A program made the translations under genes and the position numbers. A stretch of DNA of 64,000 nt from Snowella sp. (GTDB taxonomy: Bacteria > Cyanobacteriota > Cyanobacteriia > Cyanobacteriales > Microcystaceae): the NCBI GenBank assembly GCA_003249095.1, contig QBMS01000003.1, positions 15,875-79,874 on the forward strand. Reading direction: 5' to 3'. Shown here one piece after another: positions 37,522 through 48,351 of this stretch (the stretch's first letter is position 1; each line of letters begins with the position of its first letter). The notes beneath the pieces were generated by a model. It did no database searches, was not told the DNA's origin, and worked only from the letters and a program-made list of their open reading frames with translations.

Positions 37522-39438
37522 TTATGTAGGATTTTGCCCAATTCGTTGCTGATTGAGCATTTCTATTTCCTGTTTAGATTTCAGACATTCCTGATAATAA
37601 TATTGGGAACGTTCAAGATCATTGATTGTTAAAAACTCTTGCCATTTCACTAAACAATATTGGGAGTATTGCTCGACAGCAATTTTTTCGATAGCCGCGA
37701 TCGCGCTGGGAATGCTCATAGAAGCTCGAAAAATATCTTCGGTATCATTTTCGGATAAATGAAATAATAATTGTACTTGTTTCATTTGTTCAGGATATTC
37801 TAGATACACATCCTGCAATAGGGAAAATAAACGATTATTTGAATCCCGTCCTAAATCTATAGAATCTTGAATTTCTAGAATTTTTTGCCAGAGAAAACGG
37901 TGATGGGAATAGCTAAACATCAAATCTTTTTCTTCTAATTTTTGAATAACTTCCGCTCTGCATTCAGGACAATGAAGATATATTTGAAGCAATAAAATTT
38001 CTGCTTCTTGTAACAATCCATGAGTATTGGATGTGGGGAATTTTTGACTGCTTCTTTTTTGATTTGGACTCCCTGCCGACAAGCCATTTTTAAGTTGGCT
38101 CAATAAATTATCGACTTGAATCGGTAATAGTCGAGTATCGCCTTGACTTAATATTTCAGCACAATATTGTAGATAATAAGCCCGTTGATTACTATCTTCT
38201 AATTGCTTTAATAACTGAATCATTCCTTTTCCGACTTGTTCAAAATGATCGGCTTGCTTAAGATTTTTATTGACTAAGAGTTGTTGAATTTGCCAATCAA
38301 ACCAAAGGGGAGCTTGGGTAATTAATGCTTGATATTGTTGAATACTTTCAGAACTAGATTTTAAAAATTCATCGGCATCTTTTCCTTCGGGTAAATTCAA
38401 GACTCGCAAATTTACTTGACCGCTATAAATTAAAGGTTCAATTTCTCCGATCGCGCGTTGAGTGGCTTTGGTTCCTGCTTTATCGGCATCGAAGTTAAAA
38501 ATCACCTGTTTTGAGTCGGTATATCGCAATAATAATTTCAATTGATCCTTACTAAAAGCTGTTCCTAAAGCCGCGATCGCGTGGGTAAAACCTGCGGCAT
38601 GGAGGGCAATCACATCAAAATAACCTTCAACAACAATAGCTTGATCCTGTTTTTGGATACTATTTTTTGCCTTATCTAATCCAAACAGAGTTTTACCTTT
38701 CTCGAATAAGGGCGTTTCAGGGGAGTTTAAATATTTGGGTTCATCTGTGCCTAAAGTCCGACTGCCAAAGCCAATCACTCTTCCTTGAATATCCTGAATG
38801 GGGATCATGAGGCGATCGCGGAATTGGTCATAATAGCCGTTATTCGTTTTACGGGGTTTAATCAGACCAGCCTGTTCAACTAAGGCCAGAGGATAATGTT
38901 TTTGTTCGACTAAATAACGATAGAGCGTTTCCCAACCTTCAGGCGAGTAACCTAATTCAAATTGTTGAATAATTTCTGGTTTTAATCCTCTTTTTTCTTT
39001 GAGATAATTAAGGGCTTTTTCTCCTTGGGGTTGATACAGAACGTGTTGATAAAATGCGGTAGTAACGGCTAAAATTTCGTAGAGTTGTTCCCGTTGAGAA
39101 AGTTGGCGTTGGAGTTCTTTTTTTTGTTCAGGTTCTAGGGTTTTTATGGGAACTTGATATCGATTAGCTAATTCTAAAACCACATCTCCAAAGGATCTTT
39201 TTCCTAATTCCATCAGAAATTTAAAGGTATTGCCACCCTGTCCGCAACCAAAGCAATAATAAACTTGTTTTGTCGGACTTACGCTAAAACTTGGTGATTT
39301 TTCATCATGGAAGGGACATAATCCAGAGTAATCTTTTCCCTTTTTTTTGAGTACAACATATTCGGAGATGACATCAACGATATCAACCCGTTCTTTGATT
39401 GCTTCGATGGTATCAGGATGAAGACGCGGAATTTCCAT
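37522..39438 (-). CDS. dnaG: DNA primase DnaG
   Basis: Zinc-ribbon CPFHDEKSPSFSV...YYCFGCGQGGN, and a TOPRIM domain (VVEGYFDVI, FDADKAG). The ATG at 39438 (MEIPRLHP) is preferred over the TTG at 39459. Confidence 0.9.
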   Translation of the reverse strand: MEIPRLHPDTIEAIKERVDIVDVISEYVVLKKKGKDYSGLCPFHDEKSPSFSVSPTKQVYYCFGCGQGGNTFKFLMELGKRSFGDVVLELANRYQVPIKTLEPEQKKELQRQLSQREQLYEILAVTTAFYQHVLYQPQGEKALNYLKEKRGLKPEIIQQFELGYSPEGWETLYRYLVEQKHYPLALVEQAGLIKPRKTNNGYYDQFRDRLMIPIQDIQGRVIGFGSRTLGTDEPKYLNSPETPLFEKGKTLFGLDKAKNSIQKQDQAIVVEGYFDVIALHAAGFTHAIAALGTAFSKDQLKLLLRYTDSKQVIFNFDADKAGTKATQRAIGEIEPLIYSGQVNLRVLNLPEGKDADEFLKSSSESIQQYQALITQAPLWFDWQIQQLLVNKNLKQADHFEQVGKGMIQLLKQLEDSNQRAYYLQYCAEILSQGDTRLLPIQVDNLLSQLKNGLSAGSPNQKRSSQKFPTSNTHGLLQEAEILLLQIYLHCPECRAEVIQKLEEKDLMFSYSHHRFLWQKILEIQDSIDLGRDSNNRLFSLLQDVYLEYPEQMKQVQLLFHLSENDTEDIFRASMSIPSAIAAIEKIAVEQYSQYCLVKWQEFLTINDLERSQYYYQECLKSKQEIEMLNQQRIGQNPT

Positions 39439-39477
39439 TTCAATTTTGTTAAAAGTCAAACAAATGTTAAAAGTTAA

Positions 39478-39548
39478 AGGGCGAACACAATTCGCCCCTA
39501 CTCAGTTTTTTACGTTTTTTGTAGGGGCGCAAGGCTTGCGCCCAAAAG
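39478..39548. repeat. twin-hairpin GC-rich dispersed repeat, copy 2 (inverted relative to copy 1)
   Basis: GGGCGAACACAATTCGCCCC and GGGGCGCAAGGCTTGCGCCC hairpins about 25 nt apart. The reverse complement aligns with 5598-5667, with single substitutions in the loops. Confidence 0.6.
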
Positions 39549-39597
39549 TAACAATTTTAACGATTAACACCATTTATCTAAAAGAAAAAAATAACTT

Positions 39598-39876
39598 TTA
39601 TGATTTATTTGGTAAGGCAATCAAAACGAATACAGCGATCGCGCCTAAAAGAATCGTTGAGATAATCCCCACCAAAGTCCAAACTAAGATCCAAATTAAT
39701 CTCCAGATTTGTGTGTATTGAAGACCCTTAATTTCTCTAATATCTTCTTGTAATTGATCAATTTTAGTCGTGAGCGTTGCCACACTAACCTGAATATTAT
39801 TGAGACCATCTAATTTTTGGTCTATGCTATTTAAAATATCTTTAATATCTTTCTCAACCGTTAACGGTGTTTCCAT
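39598..39876 (-). CDS. hypothetical tail-anchored membrane protein with a coiled-coil N-terminus
   Basis: 92 aa. The N-terminal part has a heptad-like pattern (LDGLNNIQVSVATLTTKIDQLQEDIREI) and the C-terminal part a long hydrophobic segment. Confidence 0.55.
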   Translation of the reverse strand: METPLTVEKDIKDILNSIDQKLDGLNNIQVSVATLTTKIDQLQEDIREIKGLQYTQIWRLIWILVWTLVGIISTILLGAIAVFVLIALPNKS

Positions 39877-39894
39877 AAAGTTTTCACCCTAAAC

Positions 39895-40176
39895 TTAACT
39901 TTCTTCCATATTAACGGATGCTTCAGCAGACTCCATCGACTCAGCCGTTAAGACCCTCGGCTGAGGTTCAATAATCACCGCCGTTTGCATCAAATTTTCA
40001 TTAGAAGGAGCCTGATTAAACAATAAACCCATACCCCGATCATAATTAGACGCGATCGCCAAAAAAGCCCCTGCTAAAACATAGATCGGCAACGGCAACA
40101 TCACCCCCTTGAGCCATTGAAATAATTCCACCGCGCCAAATAATAAGAAAATCGTCAAAATCAAAAATTGAAACAT
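39895..40176 (-). CDS. hypothetical small membrane protein
   Basis: 93 aa with two N-terminal hydrophobic helices and an acidic tail. Confidence 0.5.
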   Translation of the reverse strand: MFQFLILTIFLLFGAVELFQWLKGVMLPLPIYVLAGAFLAIASNYDRGMGLLFNQAPSNENLMQTAVIIEPQPRVLTAESMESAEASVNMEES

Positions 40177-40255
40177 TGCCTACCTCCTCAAATAAACAAA
40201 AAACCGTGAGAGCCAATACTCCCACGATTCAAGACGATCAATCATTCATTTTGGT

Positions 40256-41254
40256 TTACGCGATCGCAGGAACTTTTGCATTAACAGTCAACTGTTCATA
40301 AACTTCCCGCATTTTCAGACCGACTAAAACCTGAAATAAACCCGTACCATTATCCGATCCAGGATATTCCTTATGTTTAATCAGTAAATGGGTCATTTCG
40401 CCATAATACTTAGTTCCCGTCTTGCTTAGATGACTTTCCACATAGATCATCTCTTCCAGATTATCAAACTTACCATCTACCTCTAGGATCGAAACTTCGT
40501 TCCCCATAAAGTTATCAGGCCCGTAGTACATCTTCAATCCAGGATAACTACAGGTCAACTTACGACCACAGGGCCGCCAATCAATAGTAGAACCCTCATC
40601 AAAGAGATAGGCAGGTTCAAAGAACTTAACCGAATCTTTTTGAATTAGGCGAACCCGTAGCAACTTGCTCTCCTTATCATCGATTAGTTGGGTCGGCAAC
40701 ACCTGAATAACCACATCTGCGTATTGCTTTTGAACTTCGATATAGGCCGTAAAATCAGGTTTTCTCGCATTAATAGAGGCAATCACATCAGCGTAGGTGT
40801 GACCCCTTTCTTCCATATCCCGTTGAATCTTCCAATTAACCTTAACTTCGTCGCTGATATCGAGGTAAACACTAAAATCAATCAGTTTTCTGACTCTTTC
40901 ATCATATAAAGGGTGTAGCCCCTCAATCACAATCACCTTATTCGGCTCAATTTTTTCGGGGGGATCAATTAATCCTGTTTCGTGGTTATAGATAGGTTTC
41001 ATGATGGAGCGACCCTCTTTGAGCGATTTAATTTGCTCATACATCAGGTCAAAATTATTCGCCTTGGGATCAAGGGCAGTAACTCCCGCCGCTTTTCTAC
41101 CATTGCGATCCAAGCTATGATAATCATCCAAACAGATGACTGTCATAAATTCTTCGCCAAATAAATCGGTCAAACGGCGTAAAAAGGTTGATTTACCGCA
41201 ACCCGAATCACCAGCAACCCCAATAAGAACCACGCTGTCAGTTTGAGTGGTCAT
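40256..41254 (-). CDS. prk: phosphoribulokinase
   Basis: 332 aa with P-loop GVAGDSGCGKST and plant/cyanobacterial-type PRK sequence throughout. Confidence 0.95.
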   Translation of the reverse strand: MTTQTDSVVLIGVAGDSGCGKSTFLRRLTDLFGEEFMTVICLDDYHSLDRNGRKAAGVTALDPKANNFDLMYEQIKSLKEGRSIMKPIYNHETGLIDPPEKIEPNKVIVIEGLHPLYDERVRKLIDFSVYLDISDEVKVNWKIQRDMEERGHTYADVIASINARKPDFTAYIEVQKQYADVVIQVLPTQLIDDKESKLLRVRLIQKDSVKFFEPAYLFDEGSTIDWRPCGRKLTCSYPGLKMYYGPDNFMGNEVSILEVDGKFDNLEEMIYVESHLSKTGTKYYGEMTHLLIKHKEYPGSDNGTGLFQVLVGLKMREVYEQLTVNAKVPAIA

Positions 41255-41676
41255 AACTTTCCTCTAAATGCAAAACTGATTGTTAACCTGGTTTTAACTG
41301 TAAACAAGCATTCTCTCACACAAAGAGAGACAGCCCAAAAATGATGAATTTAGGAATCTTTCGTTAAGTTTGCCACAAACTTTAAGGTTTTTCCCTAAAA
41401 GCGATCGCGGCGATGACCATCCGCAAGACCCAAAAATAAAATTCAGCTAAATTCTAGATATTAACCACCCATTCTACCAGAACGGTATTCCCTTCTACAA
41501 GACCTATCCAGCATCATAGGAAGATGGGGGACAAGACAATAAATCACAAAATGATGCCAGTTTAGCAGTTTCGCAAAGGAGAACCTGATATCTTTTAATC
41601 AAAATCCTTGGGGTATCTGCTCTCGCGACTTCCTACCAAATCAAGAGCCTTCCGATGGTAGGCTAAATAATACTAG

Positions 41677-42972
<1,296 letters not shown>

Positions 42973-42997
42973 GTTTACTGTTAATAGAAAAACTTTT

Positions 42998-43035
42998 TCC
43001 TCCCTGAATTTCCTTTATTTTGGGAGGATTTTTTG
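42998..43035 (+). terminator. candidate intrinsic terminator downstream of petH
   Basis: Stem TCCTCCC / GGGAGGA with a 17-nt loop, followed by TTTTTTG. Confidence 0.55.
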
Positions 43036-43153
43036 TATTTTGTAACAGCAGAGTTAAAAATCTCAATAACGGCGATCGCCTTCACAAAAATCATTAGAAA
43101 AGTTAAGAAATCTGACAAAAAAATTGTCTAGTTTCAATCCGAATTAATTCGTT

Positions 43154-43411
43154 TTAATCTCCATAATGAGACTTGGCACGAATAATTAAAATTGTTTTTT
43201 CCGACTCAAAAACTTCATACAAAATTCTATCTTTCAAATTTAAACGATATGACCTCAAACCAGTCAAATTACCCTTTAATGATTTGCCTAAATAGGGATT
43301 TTTAGATAAAACCTCAGTCAAGATTTCTTGAAGTTTAGTTTTTTGTCTGGACGTAAGTTCTGCAATATCCTTTTGGGCTTGCTTAGAAAACTGAAACTGA
43401 TAACTTTCCAT
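43154..43411 (-). CDS. type II toxin, RelE/ParE superfamily
   Basis: 85 aa. The pattern F.F.KQAQKDI..L....K.KL.E.L..L..NP..GK.LKG.L.G..SYR....RI.Y is typical of RelE/ParE toxins. It lies 9 nt downstream of the partner gene. Confidence 0.75.
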   Translation of the reverse strand: MESYQFQFSKQAQKDIAELTSRQKTKLQEILTEVLSKNPYLGKSLKGNLTGLRSYRLNLKDRILYEVFESEKTILIIRAKSHYGD

Positions 43412-43420
43412 TCTGCCAAC

Positions 43421-43795
43421 CTAAGACCCAAAGACTTGATCCATTGTTAAGGTTTCATTGTTAGCATATTCGCTACGAGCAGATTCAACATCGCTGATAA
43501 TATTAGGAAATTGTAACCATTTAGTCGTTTCTACTAAGGACTCCCAATCCGCTTGAGATAATAAAATATAGTTAGGATTATAAGATAAGTCCTCTAATTT
43601 ACTATCTAGACAACCCATAAATTCTTTTGCTGCTTCCGCAAAGGAAATCTCTTTTTCATTCTCAGCAATTTGTTCTTGGGTATTTTTCTTTTGACTTAAC
43701 TTGAATTCTAGAAATTCAACAAATTTAATGACTTCGTTACGTTGTTCGGCGGGAAGTTGCTTGATTTTGTCAATCGCTGTTTCTAGAGTAATCAT
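43421..43795 (-). CDS. putative antitoxin, composite (DUF2281-like N-part plus Phd/YefM-like C-part)
   Basis: The N-terminus IDKIKQLPAEQRNEVIKFVEFLEFK resembles DUF2281 antitoxin-type peptides. The C-terminus ILLSQADWESLVETTKWL resembles Phd/YefM. Position upstream of the toxin supports the role. Confidence 0.55.
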   Translation of the reverse strand: MITLETAIDKIKQLPAEQRNEVIKFVEFLEFKLSQKKNTQEQIAENEKEISFAEAAKEFMGCLDSKLEDLSYNPNYILLSQADWESLVETTKWLQFPNIISDVESARSEYANNETLTMDQVFGS

Positions 43796-43908
43796 TGTTA
43801 TCCTTTGGTTTTGTTGCTTCAGTTATTCTTAATTTTAGCAAAATTCAACAGTAATCATGGTCAATTTCACGCTTAAATAAGGAAAGCATTTAATCTCGAT
43901 CAATCTCT

Positions 43909-44976
43909 TCAGGGAGACTTAACCGCCTGACGGACTAAATCGGCTAATTTCTCCGCACTGTCAATAATCGCTAAAGAACTCGCCGCTTCGGCCATGACAG
44001 TTAATTTTTCGGGCGATCGCAGTAAATCCAAAACGACATTTTCTAAGATTTCTGGAGTCAACTGTTTTTGAGCATAAACCTGGGCTGCACCCGCTTCTTC
44101 AAAAACCTTGGCATTATAACTTTGATGATCTTCGGCAGCAAAGGGATAGGGAATGAGAATAGATGGCGTTTTTGTCACCGCTAATTCGGTTAAAGTTCCT
44201 GCGCCTGAGCGACTAATGGCTAAATTAGCCCGTTGTAAGAGTCCCGCCATGTTGTCATAAAACGGTAGAGCAAGATAATTCGGATGGCTAAAGGTCTCGG
44301 CATCAGGATCATTGTTTCCCGTCAAATGAACGATATAAGCCCCCGCTTCTACCCAAGCCGCCACACAGGGACGAATTTGTTGATTCACCGAAACTGCTCC
44401 CTGGGAACCCCCTGCTACCACAATTAAGAGCATATTTTCAGGAATCGGTAAATCCAACGGTTGAGGCTCTCGAAACAGCGATCGCACGGGCGTACTCACC
44501 CAAACGGTTTTAACTTTCGGCAAAAACTGAGCCGTTCCTGCAAATCCCAGGGCGATCGTTTGAAAAGAAGAAGCAAATAATTTCGTTACTTTGCCTGGAA
44601 TAAAATTCGCTTCGTGTAAAATAACAGGAATCCCCAGCGATCGCGCCGCCACCACCGTTGGCCCTGCAATATAGCCCCCCGTTGTACAAATCACATCAAT
44701 TTTGTGGGATTTTAATAATTTACGAACCTTAAAAACAGAGATAATTAAACCCCAGGCAACCTTCAGGGTTTTTAAACTCAACCCCCCTTGAAATCCTTCC
44801 ACAGGGATCGTAAACAAGGGATATTCCTTCGGCACTAGGGTTTGTTCTAGACGATTAGGAACCCCTAACCATTCAATGTCATAATCAGGCAACTGTTGGG
44901 CCAGGGCCAACGCAGGGAAGAGGTGTCCCCCCGTGCCACTAGCTGCAATAAGTAAACGAATCGGTTGAGCCATCAT
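43909..44976 (-). CDS. murG: UDP-N-acetylglucosamine--N-acetylmuramyl-(pentapeptide) pyrophosphoryl-undecaprenol GlcNAc transferase MurG
   Basis: ASGTGGHLFPALA N-terminal motif and a C-terminal GAGT..E motif. The start is one of two adjacent ATGs (44976 or 44973). Confidence 0.9.
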   Translation of the reverse strand: MMAQPIRLLIAASGTGGHLFPALALAQQLPDYDIEWLGVPNRLEQTLVPKEYPLFTIPVEGFQGGLSLKTLKVAWGLIISVFKVRKLLKSHKIDVICTTGGYIAGPTVVAARSLGIPVILHEANFIPGKVTKLFASSFQTIALGFAGTAQFLPKVKTVWVSTPVRSLFREPQPLDLPIPENMLLIVVAGGSQGAVSVNQQIRPCVAAWVEAGAYIVHLTGNNDPDAETFSHPNYLALPFYDNMAGLLQRANLAISRSGAGTLTELAVTKTPSILIPYPFAAEDHQSYNAKVFEEAGAAQVYAQKQLTPEILENVVLDLLRSPEKLTVMAEAASSLAIIDSAEKLADLVRQAVKSP

Positions 44977-45090
44977 CAAGCAATAATTACGATTTGTCAG
45001 TTTTCAACGGTAAAGACATAATATAACTTGTGGGGGTTTTCTACCATGAGGACTCCCAATCGGCTATTCTTTTCCTAGTTATCAAAAAAT

Positions 45091-45906
45091 ATGATACGTG
45101 CCACTTTGTTTTCTCGCTTATTTTTTCCTACTTTTTTAAAACCAGTGAATTGGTCAATGGCTTTTCTACTCAGCTTGGGTATGATGCTTCATTTCGCCAG
45201 TAACCTTAGAGCGGAAGACCCCAATACCGCCCCGCCCCAACTTAAAGCTCTGATTGGTCAAATGGACGCGGCAGGCAATCAGAAAAATTTTGAGCAAATC
45301 AAAACTTTTTATAGTCCTAAGTTCACCAACAGCGACGGTCTGAACTACGCCGATCTTGAACAATCTCTTAAATCTCTTTGGAAAAGATACCCTGACCTCA
45401 AATACACAACGCAATTAATTTCCTGGGAAAAGCAAGGGGATAATTTAGTCGCCCAGACCGAAACCAAAATAGAAGGAACGGGTAAGTTACAAGCAAATTC
45501 CGCTAAACTTCAGGGAACTATTCAATCTCGCCAGGTTTTTCAGGGACATAAACTCGTGAGTCAGGAAATTTTAAATGAAAAAATTACTCTTACCTCTGGA
45601 ACAAAGCCGCCCAGTATTGACGTAAAGTTACCCGAAAGCGTCCGCCCAGGTCAGGAATTCGATTTTGATGTGATCCTCAAAGATCCCATTGGGAATAATC
45701 TTTTTGCAGGAGCGGCCATGAATCAGGCGGTGGATGCCGATAGTTATTTAAATCCATCTCCTTTGGATCTAGAACTTTTGCAAGCGGGCGGCCTATTTAA
45801 ACGCTCTAAGGCTCCTACTAAGCCAGAAAATCGCTGGTTATCGGGAGTATTAATTGGAGCAGACGGCATTACCTGGGTGACTCAACGGCTACGAGTCGAA
45901 AAGTAA
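45091..45906 (+). CDS. hypothetical exported protein
   Basis: 271 aa with a hydrophobic N-terminal region. No confident family. Confidence 0.6.
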   Translation: MIRATLFSRLFFPTFLKPVNWSMAFLLSLGMMLHFASNLRAEDPNTAPPQLKALIGQMDAAGNQKNFEQIKTFYSPKFTNSDGLNYADLEQSLKSLWKRYPDLKYTTQLISWEKQGDNLVAQTETKIEGTGKLQANSAKLQGTIQSRQVFQGHKLVSQEILNEKITLTSGTKPPSIDVKLPESVRPGQEFDFDVILKDPIGNNLFAGAAMNQAVDADSYLNPSPLDLELLQAGGLFKRSKAPTKPENRWLSGVLIGADGITWVTQRLRVEK

Positions 45907-45976
45907 TTTAAAGCTGATTTGTGTCACAATGCTACCGTTAATCTAAAAATTGTTCCCACCTTCATTTTTGAGACCC

Positions 45977-46381
45977 ATGAAAAATTCTAACCTTGATGGC
46001 CAGGCTCTTTCTCCGAAAGGACAACATTTACCCCTTTGGCCCTTTTTATTACTGGCGGGGATTGCGATCGCTTCGGTTGCAAGTGGCTTCTTGGGTTTCA
46101 AATTAGGGGATGAAGCATTGAAGGGCGTGTCCCAGCCAGAGGTTAATCCAACCCAAAAGGTTTTAGACAAACCCAGCAAGCCGCAAGAGAAAGCAAATCA
46201 AGGCATGGTCGTGTTTAAGCCCGTCGATGAAAGTAAAGTCATTAAACAGGTCAAAAGCTATATCGTCAGTAAGGGCGGAAAAAACGCAGTGGATAATAGT
46301 TCTAAGCCAAAAAATAAAAAATCTTCCGTGAAGTCAACCCAAAAATCAACGGAAAGTAAACCTGAAACTAAAAAAAATTAA
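45977..46381 (+). CDS. hypothetical membrane-anchored Lys/Ser-rich protein
   Basis: One TM helix (LWPFLLLAGIAIASVASGFLGF) followed by a basic low-complexity tail. The ATG at 45977 is preferred over the TTG at 45950. Confidence 0.5.
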   Translation: MKNSNLDGQALSPKGQHLPLWPFLLLAGIAIASVASGFLGFKLGDEALKGVSQPEVNPTQKVLDKPSKPQEKANQGMVVFKPVDESKVIKQVKSYIVSKGGKNAVDNSSKPKNKKSSVKSTQKSTESKPETKKN

Positions 46382-46479
46382 GTTGAGGCGATCGCGGTTA
46401 GAAACAACGAGTTTTATCCGATTTTATTCCCATTTACAAGCAATCGTTTAATCAGAGAATATCAGCACTCTAAAGATAT

Positions 46480-47253
46480 TTACATTTCTGATTCTTCCGT
46501 CGTTGTGCCTCTTAATAAATTTAAAATTGTGTCGGTGTAATGATAAAAGTCAGGTTCACGCTTGATTTTATAGGTGCGATTTTCGGGTAATTCAATGGTT
46601 AATTCCTGTTGAATTGTTCCTGGTCTCGCGCTCAATACATAAATGCGTTGGGACAAAAAAACTGCCTCTTCTACATCATGGGTAATCATCAAAATACTGC
46701 ATTTAATCCGTTGCCAAATTTCAATCAGATATTCCTGCATTCTTTCTTTGGTTTGAACATCTAATGCACCAAAGGGTTCATCCATTAATAACACCTTTGG
46801 ATGACAGGCTAGGGAACGGGCGATCGCGACCCGTTGTTTCATGCCGCCCGAAAGTTCCTTGGGGAAGGAATCGGCAAATTGAGTTAAACCTACAATATCA
46901 AGGTAATAACAGGCGAGTTCCCAGCGTTCTTTTTGGGGTAAGCCCTGAAGTTTTAAGCCAAATTCTACATTTTTTTGCACCGTCATCCAAGGATAAAGAG
47001 TATAACTTTGGAAAACTAAGCCGCGATCGGCTCCAGGCCCTTTTACCTCCGTTCCATCAACAGTAATTTTGCCAGAAGTCGGTGTTTCTAACCCTGCAAT
47101 CATCCGCAAAAGAGTCGATTTTCCTGAACCAGAAGCCCCCACCGCACAGACAAATTCGGAAGTGTCGACGTGCATATTAATATCTTTTAGGACAATAATA
47201 GAACCTCGTTTAGTTGAAAAAGATTTATTGAGATTAGTGATTTCTAAGTGCAT
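46480..47253 (-). CDS. ABC transporter ATP-binding protein (NitT/TauT family), last gene of the riboswitch-led operon
   Basis: Walker A GASGSGKST, signature LSGGMKQR, and Walker B LLMDEPFGALD. The ATG at 47253 is preferred. Confidence 0.9.
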   Translation of the reverse strand: MHLEITNLNKSFSTKRGSIIVLKDINMHVDTSEFVCAVGASGSGKSTLLRMIAGLETPTSGKITVDGTEVKGPGADRGLVFQSYTLYPWMTVQKNVEFGLKLQGLPQKERWELACYYLDIVGLTQFADSFPKELSGGMKQRVAIARSLACHPKVLLMDEPFGALDVQTKERMQEYLIEIWQRIKCSILMITHDVEEAVFLSQRIYVLSARPGTIQQELTIELPENRTYKIKREPDFYHYTDTILNLLRGTTTEESEM

Positions 47254-47349
47254 ATCGTTTCCTGTTTGAATCAAACATTAAAGTATTTTTTTGTGAATAG
47301 GAAATCTATTTTTTATTTCTAAAAGCTTATAAAAAATAAGTGTATTTAT

Positions 47350-48165
47350 TTAACGATTAACTGACCATTTACACGTCCAACGTAGTAACAAACGAAAGCT
47401 TAAATCTAAAGCAAAACCAATTACGCCTAAAACAATTAAACAAGCAAAAATTTCATCGGTTCTAAGGAATTTTTGAGCTAACACAATACGCTTTCCTAAT
47501 CCATTATCGGCGGCTAATAATTCCGCGACGACGACCAAATTCCAAGCGGCGGCCATATTAATCCGAAAAGCATCCAAAATATTGGGAATCACATAGGGCG
47601 TAATAACCTGCAATAAAATTTGTTTACGTAAGCCACCTAATGTATAAGTCACCTCAATTAGTTCCTTGGGAATAAATTTAACGGCATCCATAATCATCAG
47701 AGTATTAAAAAAAATTGTCCCAATGAAAATGAGCATTACTTTTGAGGTTTCGCCAATGCCTAAATAAATCACTAAAAGGGGAATAAAAGCAGGGGCAGGC
47801 ATATAACGAACAACCCCAATAATTGGCTCCGTCAAACTACGAATACTCGGAAAAGCTCCCATTAAAATACCCAAGGGAATCGCAAAAAATCCTCCTAAAA
47901 AAAATCCACCAACAACTCTTAAGAAACTTGTAACTGTATCTTGAATTAAAAAACCTTGTTGCCAAAGATTGACTAATGCCTGAATAACCGCTAAGGGTGA
48001 AGGAAGAAAAACGGATTCAATAGGGGCAAAACTAGATACTAATAGCCAGATTACCAAGGGAATTACAATCGAAAGAGTCATTAAGACCCACTTCAATGAT
48101 TCAGAAATTTCTTCAGAAAGTTGCCAAAAAATAGTCGGTTTCAGAAGTTTAGGAGTCGTCGTCAT
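47350..48165 (-). CDS. ABC transporter permease (NitT/TauT family)
   Basis: 271 aa with about 6 TM segments and an EAA-like loop region, as in binding-protein-dependent permeases. Confidence 0.9.
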   Translation of the reverse strand: MTTTPKLLKPTIFWQLSEEISESLKWVLMTLSIVIPLVIWLLVSSFAPIESVFLPSPLAVIQALVNLWQQGFLIQDTVTSFLRVVGGFFLGGFFAIPLGILMGAFPSIRSLTEPIIGVVRYMPAPAFIPLLVIYLGIGETSKVMLIFIGTIFFNTLMIMDAVKFIPKELIEVTYTLGGLRKQILLQVITPYVIPNILDAFRINMAAAWNLVVVAELLAADNGLGKRIVLAQKFLRTDEIFACLIVLGVIGFALDLSFRLLLRWTCKWSVNR

Positions 48166-48351
48166 TTTGTCTTCTCTTATGAATAGAATAAAGATTGAGA
48201 CGGTTAATATTATCGAGAAATTAGAACATTATTTTTGATTGATACAGCACTTTGTGGTTAAGCCCTATACAGGATAAGAACATAATATATTATGTCCCTA
48301 CAAATATTTTGTCAGCGATCACAATGCAATTGGCTGTAATTTAGGTATTAC

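Noticed and set aside
41485-41498. NtcA-like site GTATTCCCTTCTAC (GTA-N8-TAC) in the prk/petH divergent promoter region
   Set aside because: A 6-nt-specified palindromic pattern is expected by chance more than ten times in 64 kb. I found no convincing -10 box at the canonical about 22-nt spacing downstream.
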